Positions 26,730 to 40,010 are shown, counted from the stretch's first letter. The stretch is 64,000 nucleotides of DNA from Squalus acanthias (GCA_030390025.1 CM059431.1:112532001-112596000), one strand, 5' to 3'. Notes: generated from the sequence alone by a model not told the origin. A program made the numbers and translations.

Positions 26730-29700
26730 ATTAAACTGAAGATGGTTCAAGTGTGGCCTCATGCATCGCAGGTATTTTGGTTTGAACAAACAAAAGTGTA
26801 TGAAAAATGAGAAAGAAGTGAGTTAAACCGTTTATGTGAAAACAGTTATTGTTGTTACAGCAAAAGCAGAATGCAGTTACTAGAACTATTTGACTAGCCT
26901 TTCCGTTCCCCCACCAACTACTCTCTTACTTCTTGCTGGGTGTCCTTCACTTGTAAAGCACTTTGGAACATTTTGTTACATGAAAAGTGCTATCGAGTTG
27001 TAAATTTTTGTAGCGGAGCCAGCTGTTACTACACTTCCTAGTTTCGTTTTAAATTGGGTGTGCTGATTTATGTCGTATTTTTTCTCTACATTTGAATTAG
27101 AATTGATACAAATTGCTTTCTGAGAGCTCGCTCAAGATACTTGTACTTCACAGTTTCCATCAGTTCTCAGCAGCAACTTTTTCATTTTAAGTTTATTTAG
27201 TTTAGCACAAAAGAAAAGTACAATGCTGTTTAAAATCCAGTAAAACACTGGACCTAGTCAGAATTTCTGATAATCTACAATCTCAAAACAAAGAGTACAA
27301 AAAAACTTCTATACAGGTATTGAGTTTACACTCATTCTAGACCCCCTCACTGAGTCAAATACCTATTGTAACAATAACATTTCCATCCTACTTAACAGCA
27401 ACCAAACGAAATGCACCTCATGAAAGGATGTTATTGTCACATCTAACTTTGACTGTATTTCGCTATTATCACAAGAAGTCTAACAGGATATTGTTCAGAA
27501 TTGTTCATCTAATGCAGTGGTTTTCAAACATCTGTCGAAAGGACCAGCTACAAGTACTGACACACTCCCAGCGATCCCTGCCCTAACTTCTGAAAGAGAA
27601 TTGGGGAGAGATTCAGCTTACGGTTTCCCATCTTGCGCCCACAAAACGGTCGTTAGGCCTGCGAATTTCGCGCTGTGATCTGTCACGCCCGATCTGGACC
27701 GGAAGCGCACCGGATGCTATATTGGCTCAAGCGACTTTTAGTCATCCAGGGCATCCCCTTAAATATGCAAATAGGGATCCCACGCCGGTTGTAGGTTCTC
27801 AAGCAGTTCCTTGGAGACATCAGTTCCGCACTAATTCAGCTAGACACTTTAAAGAGCTATTTGGAACGAATCCTATATTTGGAACAAACTGACTTCAGCT
27901 CTAACGTAAACCTCGCCACCTGGGCAGTGAGCGATAACAGGGAGCATCGAGCCAAGCCAGATTCTGCCTTTACCAGCTGTTCTCATGTACATATTTCTAG
28001 CAGGAATTGACAGATAGCAATGAGGATAAACAGTCCTGGCTTATTTAGCCATTCATAGTCCAGGCGCACTAAGGCCAATTATAACATCTGTGGTCCATCT
28101 GTCTTAGTGCACTGGTATTGCATTTAATCGCTCAGCTATTAGAGAAGCTGTATTAATGGATCTAAAGAGTACTACAATAGTTTTGAGGAGAGAAAAAAAA
28201 AAAGTTCAGTTCCTGATCCTTATTGGTATCTAACAATCCCTCTTGGGAGTACAGGTGCTCAAGCACCTGCTAAATGTGGACTGGATTAGGATGCGATTCT
28301 ATCAAGTTTGAATGAACATAAGAAGAACATAAGAAATAGGAGCAGGAGTAGGCCATACGGCTCTTCGAGCCTGCTCCGCCATTCAATAAGATCATGGCTG
28401 ATCTTTGACCTCAACTCCACTTTCTGCCTGATCCCCATCTCCCTTGATTCCCTTAGAGTCCAAAAATCTATCGATCTCACTAAGAACAATGCCTGTCGGT
28501 CTCTCTTTTCTAGGTTAGTACATGAACAATGGTCGCTTGCATAAAGTACCACACGACTGCTGGTGCCCACTGTGTGTCACTAACTTACTGAGATAAACAG
28601 AAAACACCAGCTACCTCAACAAGGACTTGGGATTTCAGCCAATGGTGCCCTGTAAGCAGCTGCTGTTAACCTTTGAGCACTGTCAAGAGTTTGGCCCAGC
28701 TCTGCCAGTGCTCATCGCCTTTCCAGCAAGGAGGACTTCTCATACATGCTTGGGATACTTCAGCCGGATTTTTCTGGTTTGGTGCACCTGGTATAATTTT
28801 GGTGGGGCAGGAGACCCGCCAATGGCCTGCCCCTGACCCCTGACAATTTTCTGGGGTCAGGGTAATTACCATATGTTAGGCAGGTTCCTGATGGGATTGC
28901 CACCCCCGTTGGGGAGCCCACTTAGGGAAGGGTGGGAAAGAGGGAGTGGAAAATGACTGTGGTAGGCCTCAGGCTTCTATCACAGTGTAGCAGGAACAGC
29001 AACCTCTGCAGTAGCTGAAGAGGATGTTCAAATTTCTTATTTAAATTTAAATTTTGCGGGGCTGAGGAGAGAAATCTATTGCCCCATGATTGATCAATGT
29101 TACATTCCCATACCAACTCAGAAATGAGCAGATGTTCCTAGGGTCCAGTGTTGCTATGCTGAAAATGACTAGATATATATTAAACAATATATTTCCCATC
29201 ATTTACATGGCCTCTAAATATATTCACCCATATTTACGTGGTCATCTCCCATCTCCCATAAAATCCTGGAAGTGGCCATTTTCCATTTGCAGCCCGCCCA
29301 CTCCCGCAGAGGTGGTAATCCCGCCAGGAGTTTGACTAAAATACAGTAATTACTCTGACCACGTAAGATTGTCCATTGGGGCAGAAAGCTGACTGACTAG
29401 CTGTCAAAGAATATCCTGCTCCAGCGTGCTGGGGTAACTCCAGTGATGGTAGCACTGAGGTTTGACCCTGATCTGTGCGCTGGTCAAACTTTAATATTCA
29501 GTTTGCTGATGGAATCTGAGCTTTAGCCAAAGGCTCTTGTTTTTTTTTGTTTCCAAAGCGGTTAGGGACCTAAATTTTACTTATGTAGGTTCAGATTGAT
29601 TGCCAACAGTAGAATGATGCAGTTGCGTAAAGACAGGATTAATTATTAAACTTGAAATGGAAGACCAGGTAAGATAAACCTTAAATTAGCACAAGCTCGC

Positions 29701-29888
29701 AGATGCAGATGTCTAAAAGCTAGTATTTAAAACACACTTTTTCAAGGAGTAGATTGAATGCAACTATGACAGTGTAGCATGGATTAAAAGGGTAGCTGAT
29801 GCCACAAACCAGTCACACAAATCCTCAGGTCCACAGAATGATCATAGCAAATGTAAATATGACTTAGAAGGTGGGGAAAATGACAAAG

Positions 29889-30353
29889 TGTCTGCCGGGG
29901 CTCAGTGGGTAGCACACTCGCCTCTGGGTCAGAAGGTTGTGGGCCCAAGTCCCACTCCAGAGACTTGAGCACATAATCCAGGCTGACACTCCAGTGCAGT
30001 GCTGAGGGAGTGCTGCACTGTCGGAGGTGCCGTCTTTCAGATGAGACGTTAAACCGAGGCCCCGTCTGCTTTCTCAGGTGGACGTAAAAGATCCCATGGC
30101 ACTATTTCGAAGACGAGCAGGGGAGTTCTCCCCAGTGTCCTAACCAATATTTATCCCTCAATCAACATAACAAAAACAGATTATCTGGTCATTATCACAT
30201 TGCTGTTTGTGGGAGTTTGCTGTGTGCAAATTGGCTGATGTGTTTCCTACATTACAACAGTGACTACACTTCAAAAAGAACTTCATTGGTTGTAAAGCGC
30301 TTTGAGACGTCCAGTGGTCGTGAAAGGCGCTATATAAATGCAAGTCTTTCCTT
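29889..30353 (+). mobile_element. DeuSINE (SacSINE1-like), full length
   Basis: Same head, Deu domain and tail as 26020-26493. Confidence 0.85.
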
Positions 30354-30790
30354 TCGACGTATCAGACTCAAAGTAGCACTGTAACTCTGCTTGTGTAGGT
30401 GCAGCAGAGAGGTTTGCCCTGACTTTACTGAACTTCCACTAATATCACTGTGAACAGTCCGAGCAGGAATTCCCACACATCCGTTGACGTGACTTAGATA
30501 CTGTGCTGAAATTACAATCTGAGCCATCAGAGAAGCTAAATTGTACTTTCATTAACAAGTGAAATCCACAATGTAATCATTTTCCAATTTTATTGAACTT
30601 TGGCAGTTACAACCATGAACAATTGATGGTGAGAAGCAGCGTCACACAAACAATATTTTGGTTACTTATATATGCCGTGATTCTACTGAAGTATTCCGGG
30701 TACCTTCTTATGGAATTTCATCTGTATCGTAATGTTTATGAAGCCCTTGCATTGACAATTGCAGTTGCATTAATGGACTTTCTTTCCACT

Positions 30791-30982
30791 TTAAACAAGA
30801 TCCAGTACTTCCTTAACCATTTTAGCAACCCCATCAAAAATTTCATGCAACTTTGCTTTGAAATGAAAGCACTTGTTGTCACCACTTTGTTTTTGGTGTC
30901 CACGTGTGTTTCGTGGACATCCTTGCAAATGTGTTGGCATCCGAGCTCTTCAATAACTTTTGCCGTGTCGGCATAAGGCCAC
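30791..30982 (-). pseudogene. GATD3/ES1-like gene, exon 4 (frameshifted)
   Basis: ag|G TGG gives [40 protein letters not shown]. After a 1-nt deletion near 30861 the homologous frame continues [22 protein letters not shown]. Matches the GATD3 C-terminus (WPYAGTA...HVDQKNKVVTTPAFMC...HDGIGAMV). Confidence 0.9.
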
Positions 30983-31164
30983 CTACCAAAGAAGGAAGGA
31001 AAGGGGGCAAGAAACAGCGTTGAAGAAACATTTCAGTATAGTTTACTCAATATTACTATTCTTGACTTTTTTTAATTTGTTACTACATGAGGTGTCACTG
31101 ACTGGTCAGAATCAACTGGAGTGATATAATCAACTAGAAAAGAGCAGCTACCCTTGGTCACATT

Positions 31165-31450
31165 AGAAACATAGAAGATAGGAGCAGGAGTAGGCCATTC
31201 GGCCCCTCAAGCCTGCTCCGCCATTCGATGAGATCATGGCTGATATCATCCAAACTCAGTACCCTGTACCTGCCTTCTCCCCATATCCCTTGATACCTTT
31301 AGCTTTAAGAAATATATCTAACTCATTCTTGAATATATTTAATGACTTGGCCTCAACTACCTTCTGTGGTAGAGAATTCCACAGGTTCACCACTCTCTGG
31401 GTGAAGAAATTCTTCCTAATTTCTGTCCTAAATGGATTACCCCTTCTCCT
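31165..31450 (-). mobile_element. CR1 LINE 3' end
   Basis: FRTEIRKNFFTQRVVNLWNSLPQKVVEA. Confidence 0.8.
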
Positions 31451-32014
31451 TAGGGGTATCTTCCTTTGCATTCCTTAATGTTCCTGTTGTCCACTGGCTT
31501 GTACTCCATTTTGTATCCTCACTACCCACCATCTTTTTCTACCCCTCCCCACTACTGCACAAAGCCTACTTCATACAGTCAACATGAAAATGCCAGTACT
31601 CCTACTGGGCAACTGGTCTCTGACACATGTACCCCTGAGATAGTGAACCGCCTTAACACTTGTGTGTATGGTGGTAAAGATTTTGGAAGTCAGTGTTGTA
31701 AATCATTTTTCTTCTCCCTTCTGATCACTAATCTCCCCTTCTTGTGCAAGCTAACATCAGAAGATAGTGATTATGGTTTTAAGTTATGTATTTTTGTTAA
31801 TTAGATAATGTAATTGGTAAGCATAACTTTATTCCAAAAAGCACATTTAGCAAAAGCATTTCTAAGAAATGAGTTAAAGGCAGCATCTTTCTTGTGTCTG
31901 CATGGATTTAGTTTAATATATTTTTGATATTGTTTTATTGAAAACGTCCAAGTTCTAATAAAATGACATTTCCATATGTAACTATTATTTACAGGCTAAC
32001 AGCATTTTGATGTT

Positions 32015-32510
32015 TATTTTATTCGTTCATAGGATGTGGGCGTCGCTGGCAAGGCCGGCATTTATTGCCCATCCCTAATTGCCCTTGAGAAGGAGGTGGT
32101 GAGCCGCCTTCTTGAACCGCTGCAGTCCTTGTGCTGAATGTGCTCCCACAGTGCTGACTTTGTTGTAGCGGTTATGGTACAACTGAGTGGCTTGTTAGGC
32201 CATTTCACAGGGCAGTTAAGAGTCAACCACATTGCTGTGGGTCTGGGAGTCATCTCTAGACCAGATTGGGTAAGGACGGCAGATTTCCTTCCCTAAAGAA
32301 CATTAGTGAACCAGTTGGGTTTTTCCGACAATCCGGTAGTATTCATGGTCAGCGTTACTGATACAAGCTTTTTAATTCCAAATTTATTTAATTAACTGAA
32401 TTTAAATTCCCCAGCTGCCGTGGTGGGCTTTGAACTCATGTCTCTGGATTATTAGTCCAGGCCTCTGAGATTACTAGTCCAGTAACATAGCCACTATGCT
32501 TCCGTACCCA
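32015..32510 (-). mobile_element. tRNA-headed SINE sharing a CR1-group 3' tail
   Basis: Head gcatagtggctatgttactggactagtaatc; tail shared with the 2975-3410 repeat; second copy at ~53215-53580 (+). Confidence 0.65.
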
Positions 32511-32611
32511 TTCACTCATTCACCTGCGTTACAATGTACATAGATTTGTTGTCCATATTAGCAGCTAGTGATACGATGAACCAAGCATGTAAATGAGATC
32601 TGCATGTGCAG

Positions 32612-32947
32612 TAGGGTTGCCAACCCTCCAGGATTGCCCTGGAGTCTCCAGGATTTGAAGATTAATCTCCGGGACACTGCTGCCAGCAACCCTGGTGAAA
32701 AATCACAGGGGCATTAAAAAAAGTCTGTTTATTAGTTATAAAAATATTGCAGTTGGGGAAAAAAGGCTGTTTGCCTAACAGTGAAGAATCATCCACTCGA
32801 GTCTTGTCGCGTTCCAATTGATGTGGGAAGACGGTGCATCATGAAGATGGACGACCAATGGCGTGAGTGTGGGGGCGGGGCAGGTGGAGGCTGGAGGTCA
32901 TGTGATGAAACCTCCAGGAATACATCCAACCAGAGTTGGCAACCCTA
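32612..32947. mobile_element. hAT-type MITE
   Basis: TIRs tagggttgccaac / gttggcaacccta. Same family as 55327-55583. TSD degenerate. Confidence 0.75.
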
Positions 32948-33001
32948 ATGTGTGATTCCCCCACCGCTCCCCACCACCCTCCCTGTTAAGTTGTAACTTA
33001 C

Positions 33002-33206
33002 CTGCCATCTGCATCTTCCTCGTACCCTACTGTGAGTTTACAGCCAGGGATAAGTCGAGCTACCAGCACAGGAGCAATGCAACTCAGTCCAATGGGTTTC
33101 CCAGCAGCACGAAACTCCTTGCGGGTATCTTCGACCTCCTGATTCACTTTGCAGCCCTTCCCTTCGATTGCCCAGTTGAAAAGGTTTTTCGTGGCTCCAA
33201 AGCCAC
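33002..33206 (-). pseudogene. GATD3/ES1-like gene, exon 3
   Basis: ag|GT GGC gives GFGATKNLFNWAIEGKGCKVNQEVEDTRKEFRAAGKPIGLSCIAPVLVARLIPGCKLTVGYEEDADG(R)|gtaag. 205 nt; phases 1 and 2 fit the neighbouring exons. Not present in the ORF track. Confidence 0.92.
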
Positions 33207-33369
33207 CTTAGAAACCAAAGAGTAACAAGGAGCAGGTTTTCAAATGTGGTGCATAAAAATACATTCGTTTGTTAGCAATTTTAGCACGGATTATTTACTG
33301 TAGTATTGTGAATATTAGAATTTTTTGGGTGAACTTGATGCTTCTCACGGTGAATAATGTTGTCTGTCA

Positions 33370-33897
33370 AATTCTGGGCACCACACTTTAGGGTCGATTT
33401 CAAGGTCTTGGAGAGGGTGTGGGGCAGATGTACCAGAATGGTACCAGGGGATGAGGGACTTCAGTTATGTGGCGAGACTGGAGAAGCTGGGATTGTTCTC
33501 CTTAGAGCAGAGAAGGTTAAGGGGAGATTTAATAGAGGTGTTCAAAATTATGAGGGGATTTGATAGAGTAGATAGGGAGAAACAATTTCCACTGGCAGGC
33601 GGGTCGGTAACCAGAGGACGCAGATTTAAGATAATTGGCAAAAAAATCCTGAGGGGAAATGAGGAGATATTTTTAGCGCAGCGAGTTGTAATGCTCTGGA
33701 ATGCACTAACTGAAAAGGTGGTGGAAGCAGATTCAATAGTAGCTTTTAAAAGGGAATTGGATATATACTTGTAAAGGAAAAATTTGCAGGGCTACGGGGA
33801 ACGAGCGGGGGAGTGGGATTAATTGGATAAATCTTCCAAAGAGCCAGCACAGAGACGGTGGGCCGAATAGCCTCCTGTGTGGTATTCGTCTATGATT
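33370..33897 (+). mobile_element. CR1 LINE 3' fragment
   Basis: [32 protein letters not shown]. Confidence 0.85.
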
Positions 33898-34065
33898 CTC
33901 CCACTTGTATCACCTCCTCTCCTGAAGATGGTGATTTATGCTCGGACACAGTTCTTTCATTGCCAGAAACCATCCTGAATCTGGACCACGTGGTCTTTAA
34001 AGGGTAGAGTTTTGCATTGGATAGTTGCAGGTCCACTACCAACAATTTTCCAACCCACACTTATG

Positions 34066-34770
34066 GGCCTGGGGTTTCCTCCGCATTTGTGCACAGACAC
34101 GCACGTAAACTGGGCGCTAACCAATGACATGGTTTAAAAGACCGCGGAATTTGGGGCGTATGTATCGCATATAACATTACGCCCCAAGTCGCCTCGTACT
34201 TTTACGTCCATCTATCAAACCTTCTGTCCAAATGAATCTCCGCCCACAAAACTGGCCACGCCCCCGGCTCGCAAATGCGAGTATCGTCCAATTACGTTTG
34301 TTCAGTGGGGGAGGGGGGGGATGGTCTCTCATCACAGCGACCAGATTTTCTGGGGCAGCAGAAAACAAAATAATTCTTCTGGTCATTTAAATGCCATTTT
34401 TTGAGGTTAACCTCATTGAGATCCGCGGTGAATTATTTGTTTCTTTGAATTCATTTTTATGTCAAAGTATAAGTCATATTGAAAATTGAAAAATCTTCCC
34501 CGGTTGCAGGTTTCTAAACATGTTGTGCCAGATGTGCTTGACGATGATTAAATGAGTTAAGAATTTTAATGTTAAGACTGAAAGAAGAAATATACTGGTG
34601 TGGGTTCAGCGTTTCCTTGTTTACATTGATTTATGCCCAGTTACGCCCATTTTAAGTTTGGGCGTATTCTAGCGAGGTTGGGAGGATACTTGAGTGTAAC
34701 TTGACATCGGCAAAATTGGCGCAGCTTCGGGCTCAATTTTGGATTGTGGCCACGGAGGAAATTCCAGGAC
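34066..34770. mobile_element. Harbinger-type MITE
   Basis: TIRs ggcctggggtttcctccg / cggaggaaattccaggac. Flanks ATG and ACG (3-bp TSD with one transition). Confidence 0.65.
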
Positions 34771-35324
34771 ACGGTGTGTAAGGTGCCTTACCACTTGTGA
34801 GGACTCGGAAAATCTAGCATTCTATGTGAGCCTAGAGAGTGTTGGCAAGATATTCAACTACACGGGGCATCACAGCCAATCCTGATTATCTCCTCACTTG
34901 ATGCACATTCTTCAGCTGGCGACACTAGCTAGGCCCCGATTTTAACTCTGGGCGGTTGGGTAGTTGGGTGAGTTCGAAACTCATCCGCTGCCCCAGAAAA
35001 CAGGCCCAGGGCAATCTAACTCCGGGGCCTCATCATAATCTCACGGGTGGCTTTCACACCTGATTTGATATCCCGCCCGGAAACCCACCCGTCTACTTCC
35101 AGAATGCCATTTCCAGCGAGTCAGCCAGAAATCTATTTAAAGCGACAATGCACCAATTAAAGCACTGCCTTCCGGCTCCTGGGTAAATTCTGCACAGAGA
35201 AGGGGACTTTCATATGTGTCAGGAAGTCTTCACACAAATAGTGATCAATACTTGGAATGGACTCCCAGATAGAGGAATGGAGGTGAAAGCTCTGGAATCA
35301 TTTAAAAACCAATTGAATGCCGGA

Positions 35325-35770
35325 GCCTCTGAGTCAGAAGGTTGTGGGTTCAAGTCCCACTCCAGAGACTTGAGCACATAAATCTAGGCTGACACTCCAG
35401 TGCAGTGCTGATGGAGTGCTGCACTGTCGGAGGTGCCGTCTTTCGGATGAGACGTTAAACCGAGGCCCCATCTGCTCTCTCAGGTGGACGTAAAAGATCC
35501 CCTGGCACTATTTCAAAGAAGAGCAGGGGAGTTATCCCCGGTGTCCTGGCCAATATTTATCCCTCAATCAACATCTAAAAAAAACAGATTATCTGGTCAT
35601 TATCACATTGCTGTTTGTGGGAGCTTGCTGTGCGCAAATTGTCTGCCGTGTTTCCTACATTACAACAGTGACTACACTTCAAAAAGTACATCATTGGTTG
35701 TAAAGCGCTTTGGGACGTCCGGTGGTCATGAAAGGCGCTATATAAATGCAAGTCTTTCTTTTTTCTTTTT
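35325..35770 (+). mobile_element. DeuSINE (SacSINE1-like)
   Basis: Deu domain and L2-like tail. Confidence 0.85.
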
Positions 35771-36405
35771 AGGGTATTTCTGGATGGCTAAAGTAAGATT
35801 GGTCGAATCGACTTTCTCATCAGTAACTATCTTGTGATAAAGGAATCCAGAGAAGAGGCAGTAAAAATCACTGAAGCCTAACTTATTCTTCTATTCTTGT
35901 TGTTTAGACGAGAATTAATAGTATAATGACTGAAAATATTACCATTTACTCTAATGCAGCAGCTGTACTTTTTTTTAGTTGGCCTTAATGTGGGAAAAGC
36001 TGTGTCATCATGAGTTGTGTCCTGTGATTCACTGTTAGCACTGTTGTAACTTCCTGTGTGTGTGTGTATTTCACTGACCCAGGGTAATGTACAGTGCTAC
36101 CAACCACCTTTGTTCTGTAGCTCACCTTGGCGCATTCATTGATGTCAGCTTCCTGAAAGGGATTTGGATGGTTGTATGGGTTTCTGTGCTCCTGTCACAA
36201 CAGGCAGGTAGGAGGGCAGGAACATTAAGATAACAAATTAACTGCAGTACTTTATTTGAGAGTGTTTTGATGCTGATATTTGGTTCACAAATGGAAAGCA
36301 TTCTATTCCCTAGTATGAACATCTCTCAGCTTGATGAGTACAAATATCATGAAAACAAAATGCATTTTAATTTTCTCAGCTAATTTGAATGCCACAGCGT
36401 GACAT

Positions 36406-36868
36406 GAAGAAAGAAAGAATGACTCGGATTTATATAGCGCCTTTCATGACCTCAGGACGTCTCAAATTGCTTTACAGACAATAAAGTACTTTTTGAAGTA
36501 TAGTTGTCGTTGTAATGTGGGAAACGCAGCAGCCAATTTGCACACAGCAAGCTCCCACAAACAGCAATGTGAAAATGACCAGATAATCTGTTTTGGTGGT
36601 GTTGCTTGAGGGATAAATGTTGGCCAGGACACCGGGGATAACTCCCCTGCTCTTCTTTGAAATAGTGCCACGGGAACCAACTGAGAGGGCAGACGGGGCC
36701 TCGGTTTAAAGTCTCTTCCGAAAGACGGAACCTCCGACAGTGCAGGATTTCCTCAGTACTGCACTGGAGTGCCAGCCTGGATTTTGTGCTCAAGTCTCTG
36801 GAGTGAGACTTGAACCCACGATCTTCTAACTCAGATGTGAGCGTGCTACCAACTTAGCCACAGCTGGC
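36406..36868 (-). mobile_element. DeuSINE (SacSINE1-like)
   Basis: Reverse-complement copy of the same SINE. Confidence 0.85.
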
Positions 36869-37144
36869 ACACAAAAGGGAATTGTTCTCCAGCTCTCTAC
36901 CGAATCTTTTGAAAATAATGAGGGTGCAGTTACGCTGACAATTAATTTGCTATCAGTTTGCTGCAGTTCTGGAGAGCTGATTTACACTTTCAGAAAACCC
37001 AGTATAACTGTTGATCAAAGCTTTAATGGCTCAAGAGGCATACCAACCACTAAAGTGATATGAGAGAGCAACCAGGTAGAACCACAGCAAAACCAAATGG
37101 AATTTACCAAGCAGTTTATGATCTGAGTTGACAAACTACTGTAA

Positions 37145-37240
37145 CAGTTCTGACGAAGGGTCATCGACCTGGAACGCTAACTCTGTTTCTCCTCGATGCT
37201 GTCTGACCTGCTGAGTGTTTCCAGCATTTTCTGTTGTTGT
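37145..37240 (+). mobile_element. Penelope-like short repeat (family A) with degenerate hammerhead motif
   Basis: AGTT-CTGACGA-A-GGGTC-ATC-GACCT-GGAA-CGCT-AACT; the GAAA box is mutated. Confidence 0.65.
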
Positions 37241-37825
37241 TACTGTAACAGCATGCTGCAGAATAGATTAGTGGGGACATTAATGTTTATTGCACCCGAT
37301 ACATGGCTATATGGAGTTGCAATCTTATTTGATTATATTTAATTTTCTTAGCACTGTCCACATTGTTCTAATCAATGTTTAAGTTTATTTTATGCAATAA
37401 ATTGCAGAAAATGATGGAGATGGTACTAATCTCATTTTTGTTTTAGGTTTGCATATTCCAATGACAAATGCTTCTGCTGACAATGGACTGATTTACTTTA
37501 GGATGAATTTACACTACAAACGTAAAATCAGCGCGAAGCACTTTCACTTCACACCAACACTGCATTAATCGGGTAGAATTTCTAGTCCTTGTCGATGTTG
37601 AGGTACCTGGCACACCGTAAGTGCAGGTCATAAAACTGCAGGCCCACTGCTGCCCATAGTGCGAATGCAGGCTATATCCAGAATCAGGGCCTGACCTGAT
37701 GTTAGAGCAAAGTAGAGTGAGACTGCTCCACTTTGCTGCAGAGTCAGGTAGGGCTTTAACAGCTGATTTGCACCATGGTAAGGGATGTAGGCTTCGGGTG
37801 TGAAACCACCAAGTGTTGTGGGTGA

Positions 37826-38069
37826 ATAAAAAACAAAAATGCTGGGAGAGCACTCAGCAGGTCGGGCAGCATCTGTGGAGAGAGAAACAGAGTTAACGTT
37901 TCAGGGCAATGACCTTTCGTCAGAACGCACGTTCCGTTCTGACGAAAGGCCATCGACCTGAAACGCTAACTCTGTTCCTCTCTCCACAGATACTGCCTGA
38001 CCTGCTGAGTATTTTCAGCATTTTGTGTTTTTATTTCAGAATTCCTTAATCCGCAGTATTTTGCTTTTG
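37826..38069. mobile_element. Inverted dimer of family A Penelope-like repeat with two hammerhead motifs
   Basis: Foldback centred near 37931. Minus strand 37892-37926 reads GTT-CTGACGA-A-AGGTC-ATT-GCCCT-GAAAC-GTT-AAC. Plus-strand motif at 37936-37970. Confidence 0.75.
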
Positions 38070-38324
38070 TATAAGTCTTGTGTGTTTCTCTTTTGGGTCC
38101 CCCCAAGTCCGCCGAGGACTCAAATTGTCGCTCTGACTGCACTCCAAATTTAATAGACGACTGCCCAGCTTGGAGTGTAAATGTACCTTGAAAGTCTGAA
38201 GGTTTTTAGAGAAATGATAGTCTGACCATTTGACTTGAGGGTCTCTTGATATCTGTGTTCTACCAATGTGGCTTCTATGTACTGCTGCATCTCTATTTAT
38301 AGCTGAGTGCTGTGTTTTTCTGAC

Positions 38325-38496
38325 TTGGAATGATGAGCATATCATGCTGAGTCACGTCTAGCTTGTTCAAGCTCTGGATGTTCCCTCGAGCAATACGGGC
38401 ACTCTCTGCCAATACATTACCAGTCTCTGTGCTTGGCTTCCCACTTGAGTGGTCAACCACTTGTAACTGATCACAGTCAGGTGCAAACATGTTCAC
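38325..38496 (-). pseudogene. GATD3/ES1-like gene, exon 2
   Basis: ag|[57 protein letters not shown](A|gt). Contains the ES1/ElbB signature [11 protein letters not shown]. 172 nt. Confidence 0.92.
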
Positions 38497-38637
38497 CTAC
38501 AAAGAAGCAGAGAGAGAGTAAGCAGAAGACTGCTTTAGTTTATAAACAAATATCTTTCATGTAAGTTTGTTCCACGCACTCAGATGTGCAACACAACATA
38601 GTGTAATGATTACATCATTGATTACAGTGTAAAGAAA

Positions 38638-38712
38638 TAATGTCATTGCTGGCCTTCGTATTCAGAAAACAGAGGCAACGTCATGATTTCAAGTGTGGAT
38701 CATTACACTTAA
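38638..38712 (+). repeat. 75-bp direct repeat, copy 1
   Basis: 67/75 identical, without gaps, to 39904-39978. Confidence 0.85.
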
Positions 38713-39903
38713 CATAAAAATCAAATTTCTTTTTCCCTTGGTTGCATTCCTGATTTTTTTTTCCCTCTCCTTTCTACTGATTCCCCTTCTGGGATACCTA
38801 ATGGAAATTTTTCAAAGGACTTTTTTTGGCAGATGGAGTATCTAAACTGCATTTGCATCATGTGATGTGGCACAATTATAATTTTGCACTGATACTGAAA
38901 TAAAGCGTTAACGCTCTCCTATGACCAAATTATGAGGCCTTGACCCAAATTTACCATCCTCAACACGAAAATCAGAGGTACCGTACCACCACACTGTACA
39001 ATAGTGACAATGGAACGAGCCATTGACAGTTTAATCAGAGCTTTTTAAATATTTATTCTCAGGGTGTGGGTTATATTGGCAAAGTGGCATTTATTGTCCA
39101 TCCCTAGATGTCCTCAGAAGGTGGTGGGTCTTCTTCCTGAAATGCTGCAGTCCTTATGGCAATGGTGCTACCAAAATGGTGATCCAGGATATTGCCCTAT
39201 TGACAATGAAGCAACAGTGACATTTGCCAAAATCAGGGTGGTGTGTGACTTGCAAGGGGATTTGGAGGTGATGATGTTCCCAAGGCATTGCTGCTCAGCA
39301 TTAGAGGTCACAAGATAGGGACGTGCTGTCAGAGTAACCTTGGTGAGTTGCTAAGGCTCATTCTGTAGATCATACATAGAGCAGCCACGGGTGGTGGAAG
39401 AGATGGATACTGAGTCCAATAGCAGAGGCACCGAAAAAAGTGACCTGCTCGTCCTGGATGGTTTGAGCTACTTGAGTGTTAATGTGACTGTTCAGTACCT
39501 CACATCTTTGACTTTTCTCTATCAAAGCCTCTGCACGGGTAACATTGTTTGTCCTAGTTAATGTACGTTCTTCTAACAATTTCTCCTTCTCCTCCTGTTC
39601 CCTTTTAGAGACATCTTTCAACCTCTACACTCTTTAAACATTTATTTGAGCTGGACATTAATGGAAAGAAATCTTAACAAAAAAGTAATTTTACAATTAT
39701 TGCCAATTTTGCATTCATAAAATGTGAAAAAGTTGGTTTACATTATAAATTTGATTAACATGCAACTTCCATAGCCAATGGCTTAACTCTTCAAAAGTCA
39801 CAAGAAAGAGTTTACTTACCAATTAAGATGGAAATTTGAATCACTTTCAATAGCTCGGAGCAACACTGATCCTTAACATTTTAATTAAATTCTTTGACGG
39901 AAG

Positions 39904-39978
39904 TAATGTCATTGCTGACCTTCGTATTCAGCAAACAGGGGCCACGTCATGATTTCAAGGGTGGATCGTTATAATTAA
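39904..39978 (+). repeat. 75-bp direct repeat, copy 2
   Basis: 67/75 identical, without gaps, to 38638-38712. Confidence 0.85.
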
Positions 39979-40010
39979 GACTGCAGATCAGATTTGTTCT
40001 TGTGTCTTAC

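Noticed and set aside
29895..29965. tRNA-like A/B-box sequences at SINE heads (also ~26430-26490, ~41010-41070, ~51855-51930)
   Set aside because: These are 5' heads of DeuSINEs continuing into the Deu domain, not tRNA genes.
36126..36191. 66-nt minus-strand segment with ag/gtgag ends inside intron 2 of the GATD3-like gene
   Set aside because: No ES1 homology, and in the required phase it introduces a TGA; exons 2 and 3 already join correctly.
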